Assembly: GCF_032062105.1 (NCBI RefSeq)
Contig: NW_026926516.1
Location: forward strand, 186,001-250,000
Length of the DNA: 64,000 nucleotides
DNA from: Saccostrea cucullata
Taxonomy: Eukaryota
Direction of reading: 5' to 3'
Shown: positions 40,514-52,400 of the stretch, piece after piece
Layout of the letters: every line of letters begins with the position of its first letter
Position numbering within the stretch: the first letter of the stretch is position 1
Notes under the pieces: generated by a model
The model's input: the letters and a program-made list of their open reading frames with translations, nothing else
Databases searched by the model: none
What the model was told of the DNA's origin: nothing
Made by a program: the position numbers and the translations under genes

Positions 40514-41340
40514 TTTGATTAGCGGAAGTGCCCAGCAACAACTTCTTTCGTTTCTGACGCAATGAAAAATAGTTTTATTTTAGATTTTCAAGTTCCAAAA
40601 AATATGCAGAGATTTTACTTTTTTGTGAAATAAATGATGTTAATCCTTAAAAATTTAACTAAATTATTCTAAACTTTTCAAAAAATGGATCAATTTTAAA
40701 CCGGAAGTCAATATGTTTTGCGGATGAATTTTAAGGAATAATTTTCAAAACATGTTTTAGCGAATCATGCACAGGTAAACTGGGATTATTTACATTATCC
40801 ATAAGACGATTTCACTTAATGATCAACAAACATGTACATAGTAAAATCCTACAGAAAGTAGCGCATGCTTTAAATTTTGTGCGTATTTTCGTGATTGACA
40901 CATAGGCCTAGTTTTATTGCATTTCGAATTTTCTCTGTTGTTTACCTGAGCAATATAGTGCCATTAGTAGCATAAATGACATATGTTTCGTAGTAAAAGA
41001 TGCCAGGCATTAGTATTTGTATAAATGTATGTAGCAACTTATTTTAATTCGATTAACGGAGTTTCTACATGACATCATTCATAATTTTAAAATAAAAAGT
41101 ATACTCTCGTGTGCCCATATTTCGACGGTCTTTCAATGTATTGCAATATTTTATCTTATGTAAGCAAGAATCCATTGAAATAAATTGAGCTGTAAATACA
41201 TCATTCAAGTTGTATTCTTTCCTGTGTAAAGATATATCCAATTAGTCTTATCTACTTCTATTGGTGATGAGTTCGAAAGTGACATAAAAACAATGGGCGC
41301 CGCCATTACCGAGTCCTAATTTCGACGGTTACGTCATCGA
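40514..41340. promoter_or_regulatory. Putative bidirectional TRAPPC1/centrobin promoter region
   Basis: Lies between divergent genes. ETS-type GCGGAAGTG (~40522) and CCGGAAGT (40701), TGACGCAA (~40555), YY1-like CCGCCATT (~41299), TTACGTCA (~41329). Plus-strand donor CAG|GTAAAC at 40774/40775. Confidence 0.55.
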
Positions 41341-41708
41341 TCGATATGCAAGCAATCAGGAAGGCCAAGCAAAACAAATTTTTAGTAGAAATGAAATTGG
41401 ATTATTTTTTTATGCAATATAAGGTTATTTAATGGCCACTATTGTAAATTTAACACTTGATTTCATCATTTTGTCACTCCTCAATGCAATGACGACAGAT
41501 GAATTAGACATACGAGGCAGATAACCTGTGTGCTGCAACAGTATTTCAGTCTCAATATTGACAAGGCACCCCAATCTTCATTCCATCATACTGGGCCCAT
41601 TTTGTGAATAAAATGTTGTCATAGTTGAAAATTTGTTATGGCACAATGTGCAATATACACACAGATATGGTGTGTACAACATGTAGTTTGATGTCTTTAT
41701 TTTTATAG

Positions 41709-41734
41709 GATAAGCCAACAAATATAACCAATAG
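41709..41734 (+). other. Putative 26-nt non-coding 5' UTR exon of centrobin
   Basis: ttttatAG|GATAAGCC...CCAATAG|GTAAAC. Confidence 0.4.
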
Positions 41735-41893
41735 GTAAACTAATATCACCTTATCTTTTTTTTTTTACATATAATACCTTATAAAGTTATTAAATATCAT
41801 TTTAGTACCTTGTTAATGTAGGTAGAGAATGAAATAATTTTGTTTTAAAAAGTATGAAATGGTGAAAGAGTTTAAAAGAAACAAAATGTAATA

Positions 41894-42118
41894 CCGTATA
41901 AGTAGAATTTTTAGCGAGGATTTAATTTTGGCATTATTAGCGAGGGTGCTGACATCGCTCAAATTGAATATCGCTAAAATTTAATTGCGTATTATTTGTA
42001 ATAGCTTCTTTAGTTAGCAATTTAAAATCGCTAATATTAATTCTCGCTAAAAATAAAATACCAGATTTTAGGTAGAAATCGCTAAATTTGCGTCTCGCTA
42101 AAATTTCCACTTATACGG
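41894..42118. mobile_element. TA-targeting MITE in the centrobin 5' region
   Basis: TA|CCGTATAAGTAGAATTTTTAGCGAG...CTCGCTAAAATTTCCACTTATACGG|TA. Confidence 0.85.
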
Positions 42119-43424
42119 TATTCTAAGCATTGAAATAATTCTATGTAAAGATTCATTGTATTACTTAATTAAAAGGGAAAAAAAGTATTAAAAAAGATAG
42201 GAAGAAAATACAATTACATTTTCAGGATATTGCAGATGATACCAAAAATCATTAAAATTTAAGTATAACAACACTCTTAGTCATTGTGTTTTTAATTCAA
42301 AATATGATAAATTCATTATTTTCTTTTTAAAAAATATAGTTCTGATAAATTCAAAATAAAATTGGCTTGGCCTTATTTTCCATAACTTAGTCGCGCGAAT
42401 TTCATTACTGAATTGTCAGTCTATGCAGACGGCATTTGGCAAGTTATTTGTAGCAAACATATTCCAGTAATCAGATTTCATATCTGTGTCAAAAAGTGAT
42501 ATTACGCAAGGCAGACATTCCCCCCCCCTAAAATTATATGAAATGAAAGCTTTCCTGTTTGAAATGTATTTTCATCCATGATATAGGTAATATAATCGCA
42601 AGTGTACAGGGGTACTATGTTTACACAGACCAGCCTGATCTCGCGAGAACGAACCCGATATACACAAAAAAAGAAAACCGTCGAAATTCGGACCCTGTCG
42701 AATTTAGGACCTTCGACCATATACTCGATTCTCATTATATCGCGGGTTCCATAGTATCGCGGTATATTCCAAAAAATCATATACACAGCTCATATCATTT
42801 TTGTGGATAAATCTATCTATCTGTCGTCTGAATGTAAATTTTTGTGATGATTACAAAGAATGGAACATGCGTCGGAAAAGTTTTAATTCAAATAAAACGT
42901 ATTTTTCCAGATTTCCATTCCTGTTTTTAGTATATTTAGACCACTGAATTTATAATCTAGTAAAATGCATAATAAAGTTCATGTTTTGAAAGTCTTTAGT
43001 TTGGATGATTGTTTATTTTTTATGTAGAATTACATCGTAAAATTAAAAATAAGAATTGAAGTCCATGTCAAAAACAAGGTGGCATGTTTCTCCATACCGC
43101 GATACTATGAGACTCTCCAATTTAGGAGGTAAATAAGACTTCCTGTTTTAAAAATAGACTACAAATTAAACGATGCAAACTTGGGAAATAATTTGATACT
43201 AAAAGGATAGGCCATAGTTTGGTTTATGAATATCATTTGATGAAAGTTTAAGTAAACAATTGGAATTACACTTTTTATGCAAAAATTTTTAAGTACCGCG
43301 ATATAATGAGACACCAGTATACATCTGTTTGTAATAGAAATATATTCTTTTTTAAATGTACCAGTGTTAATTTTGTTAAATTGCATTTTAGGTAAGTTGA
43401 CACAGTCAAATAAATTTTTAACTT

Positions 43425-46400
43425 ATGGAAGACCTGCAGGATAGCTTGGAAGAGTATGAAGTGAATGAAGGAATTCCTACTGTGATTAGCAGAAATTCAG
43501 CCAGAATGGCAGATTACAACATGGACAGAACACAGTCTAACGCTCCTATGAACTTGATGCAGACAGGTCCATTTATGGTACAGGAATCCCTTGCACCTAC
43601 TGGTGGGGACTTTGATTTCACAAGAATCGGTATAGAAGAGAATCAGACTAGGTCGAGTTTAGTCTATCGACGGTCAGGCCCTGAAGGAAGTCCTGCCTTT
43701 AACACCAGCAGTGGGTTTCTGCCTCAGAGAACAACAGACGAGGAATCCGTCATCTTCAGGCCTGTTGGTCAGCTGGATTTCTCCGCTCTGGATGACACAG
43801 AAAGAAATGAAGACCTGAGCAGAAACAGATCGGTTTCAATGCCCCAGAAGAATCCCCCACAGGGTTCCTATTTGGTCGCAGAGAGAGAGGAGGTGTATGG
43901 ATCACAAGACATGGATAATAACAACTCGCGGAATGACTCGCCTGCTGCTGGATTTTTTGAAATGAATCAGTCTCCTCGCCAGAGCAGCGAAAGTGAGGAG
44001 GAATTGGACAGTCGTGTGATATTTTCTCCCTTACGTAAAATGGAGAATGGGGACTCGACAGAAAATATTTCAAGGTTTGAATTTGAGCGCCATGTCGTTG
44101 CCAGTAATAAATTTCAAAATGAGGAACAAAGATTTCATGAACCTTCACTTGCAAAGACCTCACCTAATGAAATGGGTAAATATAGTCCTGGGGCATTGCA
44201 AAAAACAAAATATATGATGTCACCAGGGGAGATAAATGTTAGTAGAAATCAACAAATTGTATCCCCTGTGTCACCTAAGAATAGACCTAACATGGAGAGA
44301 AGGGAGGTATTTGTATCAATGCCTGCTGTAGATCAACACAGAGAAAGTATTGGAACCCCACCAAATGCTGCTCAGAATACTTCAATGCAACACCAACCAG
44401 AAATCCAGAGGGAACATGTTGGTAAAGAACAACAAATTCACACTCAAGAACCTAAAGTGACTCATGTACATATTCATAGCAATGCATCATGGGATATTCC
44501 AGTGTCTGAGAGTTCACAGCAAACTCACGACAAAACATCGAAACATCCACAGAAAACGTTGAACGAGAGGCGTCCCTTTGTGTCCTCTGTAAGAAGCGAG
44601 TCCTACAATGCTTTTCTACAAAGCAAAGATTCCCATCTACCAAGGCCCAAAACCAAAGGTTCTGATGCTACAAAGTCAGCAGCAGACACTTCCAAAATAA
44701 ATACTCAAAGACCTGAAAATTCCAGGCAGGTTGCCGGTGAAAAGAAAATTTCTGGACCGATTCCTTCTCATGCTGAGAGTCGGATCATGGCAAGAAGAAA
44801 CATGGCTGCCGGCCAAAGTGAGCGACAGGTCAAGACTGATCAATCGAGGAAGACCATGGAAAGTATGGAGGAGAGACATTCAAGGTCATATCAAGGTGGT
44901 GTCAAGGTCAACGATCATTCTCCAGTCCATCCAGCGGCCAATGTAGTGACCCAGGTACAGCATTATCATTCTGAGGGAGAGGAGACCACTCACACTCATA
45001 GACAGGTCAAGGTCAGTTTTGAAAATTTTCATGTGTCTTAGTTCAGTTTAATTGGAGTTAAAACGTGGAAAAAGAGGGTGTATTACCTTTAATGTTATCT
45101 ACCCGGTACTTGTAGGACAATGTTGATGTAAAGGGAATGGAAGAGGTCCGGTATCAGTTACAGAATATGCTCAAGTTTTCTGCTGCATCAGGTCTGGGTA
45201 AGTATGGGGTCAAACTGTGGAATACATGCAACCAGTTGGTTAGAAGTTTTCACTAAAAGCTTTGTGATTGTAAAGAAGTTATTGTCTGTGCTGAATAACT
45301 AAAATGCATGCCCCTTGTATAATCTTTTCTGGTGGAGGTTCAGTGTACAGGTGTTGATTTTTACAGGTGAAAATCACATGGACTACAATGATAATGGGTT
45401 TATGCAGGAGATGCAGTCAGCCCCTGAAATGATGCACAATCCCGGAGATTACTCCATCATCAGGTACAAATACTAATAAACATGAAAATTTCATACAATG
45501 ATCATTTTGCCTGTAGTAAACATTGGGGAATAAACATTCTCATTTTCTTATTTACTGTATCAATAAGATTAAGTGAAAAGGAACTTAATACAGATAAATA
45601 TTTTCATTGATTCACAGTGGTAAGGGCGGAGAAGATGTGTCAGAAATATTGGAAAATTTTCCGAGTTTTACGTCTAAAATGTGGTCCGAGTCCTCCAACC
45701 AGAGCAGGAGTGAATCCTCCCTGTACGCGGAGAACCAAAGATTGCGGGAGGTGATGGAGAAGGAACGCTACAGGAGAAAGGTACACCTATACTGGGAGGG
45801 TTTATAAGAGGGGGTGTTTATGGTTATAAAGTACAGCCATACTAAAGGGTTTATAGGAGAAGGGGATCAGTGAAAAAGATACAGTCATACAGGAGCATGA
45901 TGAGAGGATGTAGTTCACTGATAATGGAGGTAGTAAAGGGGAGGGAGTTTTCTAATAGATAAGTAGAACATATATTCAAAGAGCATTTATACTGATATTT
46001 TATACACAATGTATACAGTTTGATTAGCTTATGGTGTTTCTTACTGACGGCTGTATTCATACCAGACTGGAAAGGTGTAATGTTTCATTTTAGATTTATT
46101 CATTTAAAATAATTTGTTAAAGTAATTCTTTTTCACTGCATTCCACAGTTTAATCCTGTTGAAAATACCAAATATAACTGCATATTACAGTACAAGTTGT
46201 AATATCCACTCCTTTTACATTTTCAGCATTGTGAGCAATACATTCAGAAGCTGAATGTAAAGGTAGGTCAAAATTTTATAGTACAGCATAATGTAAAGCA
46301 GTTTCATTTATGAATATAATATATACTTATATGTATATTACTGGAAAATTTTTAGCTAAAATTAAGGCTTAATTCACTTTGTCATGGAAGAAATATGATT

Positions 46401-49400
46401 TAAATAATGCTACTGTACATGTGACATGATAGTTAAGGTCATACGCAATGTAGTTTGAACTTTATTGGATTCTTCCTTGGAGTTGAAGAGTTCCACTGAA
46501 TGAAGGACCCGTGTGCAATTAATTTTAATATCTATATATGGATTTGTACACCTCTTCTAAAACAATTTTTGATAAAAAAAATTCTGGAATTTTTGTGCAC
46601 TTTTCTTTGAATAATGCAAAAATTTTCTCAATTTGATATCTTTTCAAAACCCCTGGTAATGCATGCTGATTTTGTGTCGAAGAACATATAATGATATTGT
46701 AAGTTTAAATTTAGAATATCTTGAAAAATTATCAGTACGTGAGGTACGTTGCGTATGTCCTTAAAGCATTGCTGTCCGTTTGTTCCAGTCACATTAAATG
46801 CCTCATCATTTGATTTTTTTGTCACACTTTAAAAAAACATAGATCTTTTTGATAAATCAGAAAAAAAATTGAACTGTGATATTGCAAACAGCACAAAAAA
46901 GGGTGATAAAGAAATCTCAAATTTGAAATCTTAAATACAAATATGCCTGAGAGCAAACATTTGGGAAAGACTTTGTGTTGTGATGTTACTTTGCGATTAC
47001 GTTTCAGTTACTGGAGACACAACAACAGCTAGCTGTGGCCATTTCTACAGACAAGAGGAAAGATATCATGATAGAACAGTTAGACAAGGTAAGTTAGGGG
47101 CAGTGTAGTACTGTAAATGTGGTTACTTGGAAGGGTGATAAAAGTGAGTGGAATCTTTGATAATTTATTAGTATCCAATAGTGCTCTTTAACAGGAATGT
47201 GGAAGTTGACAAATGGAATCTTTAATGTTTATTAGAGCTTTGTCAAAGTTTCCTCTTTTCAGTACTTGTACATACACTCAAATAATGTAGCAATTTATGA
47301 GATGCTTAAAGGATGTTAGTAATTACCAAAAAAATTATTTTTGTAGCAACTTGCTAAAGTTGTGGAAGGCTGGAAGAATCGGGATGAAGAAAAAGAAAGT
47401 ATGCTGATAAAGTTAAGAACAGAGAAAGTGAAAATAGAAGAGAAACTAGCCAAACAGAATGAGGTAAGGTTAAAGTGTCAATTATCTTACATTTTTTGCA
47501 TCAAGTTGGCTCATCAAAATTATTGGGAAGTGGCTGTTTAGTTCTCGACTGTTTCTTGCAAGAACTTGATATTATATTTTTCAGACGTGTATGGGATTAA
47601 ATAAATGTAATGCTAAAATAGCTTATATCTATTCTTAATGAATTCTTTTGGCATGGGAATTTGTCTCGGTTAGAATTACATTTATGAAGATTGGCAGTTC
47701 TTGATTTTCTTAAGTTTCTCATGATAATACATGTATTTCCAAATAAGTAAAAATTAAGATGTTTGTATTTATTACAAACATATTTCAGATGATTAAAAAC
47801 TTTGAGAAAGACATGGCAGAAGCCTTACAACAGATGAGAGATGAGAAAGACAGAGCCAGTATTGAGATTGACAAACTGAAGGCTCAGGTAAGTCAAATTC
47901 TGGCAGAGTACTTGTAAAAACAAAGTAGAAGGAAATTCTCAAGAAAAAATTAAGGTACACAAAAATATGATTGTTTATATAGTGCATTTTAAATGACGAT
48001 TGTGTAGATATCGGAGAAGGAGCGAGCTCGTTTCCATGCAGAGGAAATGCTGGATGCTGAGCGCGAGCGGACTCAACTGATCAACCAGGAGTGGGAGAAT
48101 CTCAAAGAGGCTCGAGACATGGCCGAGAAAAAGGTCCAACAGCTACAGGATCGTCTCCGCTCGGTGTGTACAAATTCATCCAGATTCTCATCAATTCAGA
48201 GGGTTTAGAATTTGGCTTGGTCTCAGGATTGACTTAGTTTTAAAATTCAAAATATTTTTCAGTTTCTAATGGTCCTTTTTATCAGTTTTACTGATTTTAT
48301 CTCTTTGAAGTTTGATTTTTCTCCATCTTGTATCTTGTCCTGTTGGTCATTGATGATTATTTTTTACTCTTGACCATCAAAATAGACATCAATATTTTTA
48401 AATTAATTATGATTTGTTTAAGTTTCATTGGTATACTTCAACGTTAAGTAAATTTTGAGTGTGGATTCTAGGAACAAGATGATTGGTTCAAAAGAGAGCA
48501 GGAACTGTTACAGAAGATAGATGAAGTGTCCGAGAGCAACCAGAAAGTCCTGAATCAAGAGAGGGTAAGTAAAATCAAGGGAGGGTCATTCTAGTGGATG
48601 GGTCACTTTATAAATGTTATCCTGTACTTGAGAAAGCTATCATATAATCTCCTATGGTATATGAGTATAATGTTTGGACATCATTGAATCAGATTTACAC
48701 GCATATCATAATTACAAGAGATATATATGTGTAGAGATGCACATGTATTTCAGGTATATTGTATTTGAGAATGTTTTCTGTGTATGTGTCTGATTAGACT
48801 AAATATTTGCATACTAGTATAATATACATGAAGAAGGATATGGAATATATTGCATAAAGTTAATTACAATGATAAATATACTTCACAAAAACCCTGATCC
48901 TTTCTTTTATCTCTGTATCTGATGTTAGTGACATTCCATGTTTTACAGGAGAAGTCAGAGGAGGCTGTGACCCTGTGTAAAGACATGGAAGAGAAGATCT
49001 ACTCCCTCCAGACTGAGAGTAGGAAATATCAGATGGAGCTGGATGCGGCCATCAGGGAAAAGGTGTCAGATAAAAACACCTAATAAATAAAACTTTCCCA
49101 ATGAGTTCGCAATTTTCAATTCTCCTAAAATAAGAACCCTGATCTTTTTTTTGCTGAGATATTAAAAAGTCTGTAAATGTATAGGGAACATCGTTAGACT
49201 TCTGTAAATTCTAATCAAGATTTGAATTCTTTGTTACAGGAGAGTATGAAGGTAGAGATGGGCATTATGGAGGCCAAGTTTGAGAGTTCACAGAGGACCC
49301 TAGAGGCCGAGTTACAATCCAAGATGGAGAAGGAGGTAGGGCCATATTACTCTTTTCAGTAGACTAGAGAACAAAATCTTTTCTTTTTAAGGAAAGAATT

Positions 49401-52400
49401 GATAAAATTGTCAAACAACTGTTTGAATTTTTTTTATGTACAATTCATAAGTTTAAAATATAAATTGCAATTATTTAAAATTTGACTGAGGATGGGTTTT
49501 ACATGAATACACATAAAAATACATGATTCACGACAAAAAATGTTCACAAGCAAGATAAAGTAAAGAAACAGATATTTCATAAACACAAATAAAATGTGTT
49601 TACAGTATTTTATGCATATGTTCTGTATTTATTTAATGGCATACAATGTACTAGAAAGATATACTAATCTGTGACGCACTATACGTAAATACACTTGGGA
49701 CAAAAAAAACATGCATGCACATATGTCTTTGTTCATAAACATGATTTATTTTATATTTTGTAGCTGTATTTATGTCCTGTCTAAGATTTCTTACTTTTCT
49801 TTAAGATTGCGGATCAGATAGCAGAGATTCACAGGAAGACAGAGGAATCAGAGACAGAACTACGGCAGAATCACAGACAGCAGATAAAGGAACTGAATCA
49901 GAGGTACACCAAAGACATGGAGCGAAACCTGGCCAAGTTCCACAGCGACCAGAAGAACAGGGAAGAGGAGTTCCGAAAGCTTACACTGGAATACGAGGAA
50001 AAGTAAGAGATGCTTAAAAAATCAGAAATAAGTTTAGTTTTTTGCTGTGCTGAAATTGATCATGCATGTAAGTCTGTTCGAAGACAGGCGAGCTGATACA
50101 TGTATATTTAGATAACCAGGCCAACATTCATGGTCCAAATAATCATACTGGTATCTTATGAATCTTTAATTTTAGATTGCAAGAGCAGAGGAATGAAATA
50201 ACATCTCTTCATACAGTTAAACAGAAACTAGAGTCTCAAAGGTAAGGTATTGAAAATGTTATAACTAGTGTATTCAATTTAAAAGTCTTTGTATCCACTT
50301 TGCCCATTGGTTTAAAAGTGAAAATGATGTATATGATCTCTATGGTAGGTCAGAGATTCTAATGAAACTCCAGTACATGATGCAGTCTCAGTGGAATGAA
50401 GCCGTACAGATGTTGGCCACTACTCCTCAGAGAAAGGTCAGAATTTGGAGTTTAGTGATAATGTACAAAATATATATTACTTCAAGTCAAGTTTTCATTT
50501 TTGTGGTTTGACTGTACCAATTAAAAGGAAATTGACTTGAAATCTATTTTCTCAAATTAAAACTATCAATTGTACTCTGAAGAGCTTTTTATGCGCCCGG
50601 ATCGATAGATCCAGGGCGTATATTGTTTTTGTCCTGTCTGTTTGTCTGTTTATCTGTTTGTCTGTTTATCTGTTTATCTGTTTGTCTGTTTGTCTTTCTG
50701 TCTGTTGTCAACTTTAACCTTCGCCATAACTTTTGAACCATAAGAGATAAAGACTTCATATTTGGTATGCATACTCCACTAATAAAGTCCTTTCAAATGA
50801 CATCAAGGTCAATGACCTTGTGACCTTGACTGTGACCTTTATGTTAAAAATAGCTTTTTCCACTGTTTGTCATAACTTTTGAACCATAGGAGATAGGGAC
50901 TTCATATTTTGTATACATACTCTACTAATAAAGTCCTTTCAAATGTCGTCAAGGTCAATGATCTTGTGACCTTGACTGTGACCTATATGCTAGAAATAGC
51001 TTTTTCCACTTTTTGTCATAACTTTTGAACCATAGGAGATATTTGGTATGCATACGCCACCAATTAAGTTATTTCAAACGACACCAAGGTCAATGACCTT
51101 GTGACCTTGACTGTGACCATTATGCTAAAAATAGATTTTTCGAACTTTGTTGCTGCCGGGCGCATAGTGTTTCACAAACACATCTTGTCTTGAAAATACT
51201 TTTTATGACTTCTGAAATCTTGATAAAGCAAATTCCTTTGAAAGGGAAAAAAAATAAGCATTTATGCTTTAACAATTTCTTGTAGACATACGCTAGTACA
51301 TCCTTTAGTTCCCAGACTAACACCACTACGAGTGCAGCCCTGAACACCAGTATTCCTAGTCAGGGGGCGTTCCCCATCACCAGCAGTCCGGGAAGGGACA
51401 GTCACACTGCCCCGCCCCTAGAGCCCAATATCAGTGACCTGACCACCTCCCTCCACATGCAGCAGTTCTTCCAAAGGTAGACATATTTTAAAAGTGTGTG
51501 GATAGATTAGAAAATTTTCATTTAATTACTAAAAACAGGTTATTGATCCAGAAAATGGATCTATGCTAAATAAATCAACAATATACTGTAAACCAACTTT
51601 TATTCGCGACGCCTTTATTTCGCGATTTACCAGGGGTAAACTAGTTAGAGACGACTAATTTTCGCGATAAAGCCTTTTTTGATCTGTTTCAAATAGACAG
51701 AGAGACTTTAAGTACTGGTTCGCGGCGAGAAATATTCGCGATAACAAGGCTGTCGCGAACTTTGCGATAATTTCTCGCACGCGAATAAAAGTTGGTTTAC
51801 AGTACTGTAAACGAATTGCATTTGGCTGTGTATTCTCTTTAGCGGCTTTGGCAGAACACAGCAACTGCTAAATCAAGTACAACGCTAAATGTCTTGCACA
51901 TATACACATAAATAAGAAAATGAAGAAATGCACTAAATCAAATCTACGCTAACTTAATATTCAAAAGTCAATTACCGCCAAATATTGTACATGCTAAATA
52001 TAATACATTATACAGTATTTACTTTGATTAAAATCAGTGTTTTCATTGATTGCCATTGAATTTTCTTTCTGCATTAATATAAATTGCTTTTGGACTATTT
52101 AACAATCACCTAATGACACCTGAGTTGAAGAATTATGATAACAATCTTTATAAAATGCTTTGTAGTCTTTCACAACCTCTGGTTTTTCCACATACATCCA
52201 TGCAAGCAGAAACCAGCACAAGCTCTAGGAATCCACCAGCCATCAGCGAGAGGAGGGTAGGCGAAACTTCTCAAGTTACAGAATCGCTGTTCAATGGAGT
52301 GAAAAACTCTTCTGAAGTATTCCATCGGAGGGAACAAGAAGACAGAGCATTACATAATGGCCTACAGGAAGACAGGGTACAGTCCAATACTCAGGAGGAA

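Noticed and set aside
40042-40518. 158-aa plus-strand ORF
   Set aside because: Antisense to TRAPPC1 exon 1 and intron 1, TTG start, no recognisable domain; likely a shadow ORF.
43756-44946. Overlapping ORFs within the large centrobin exon
   Set aside because: Alternative-frame or antisense shadows of a real coding exon.
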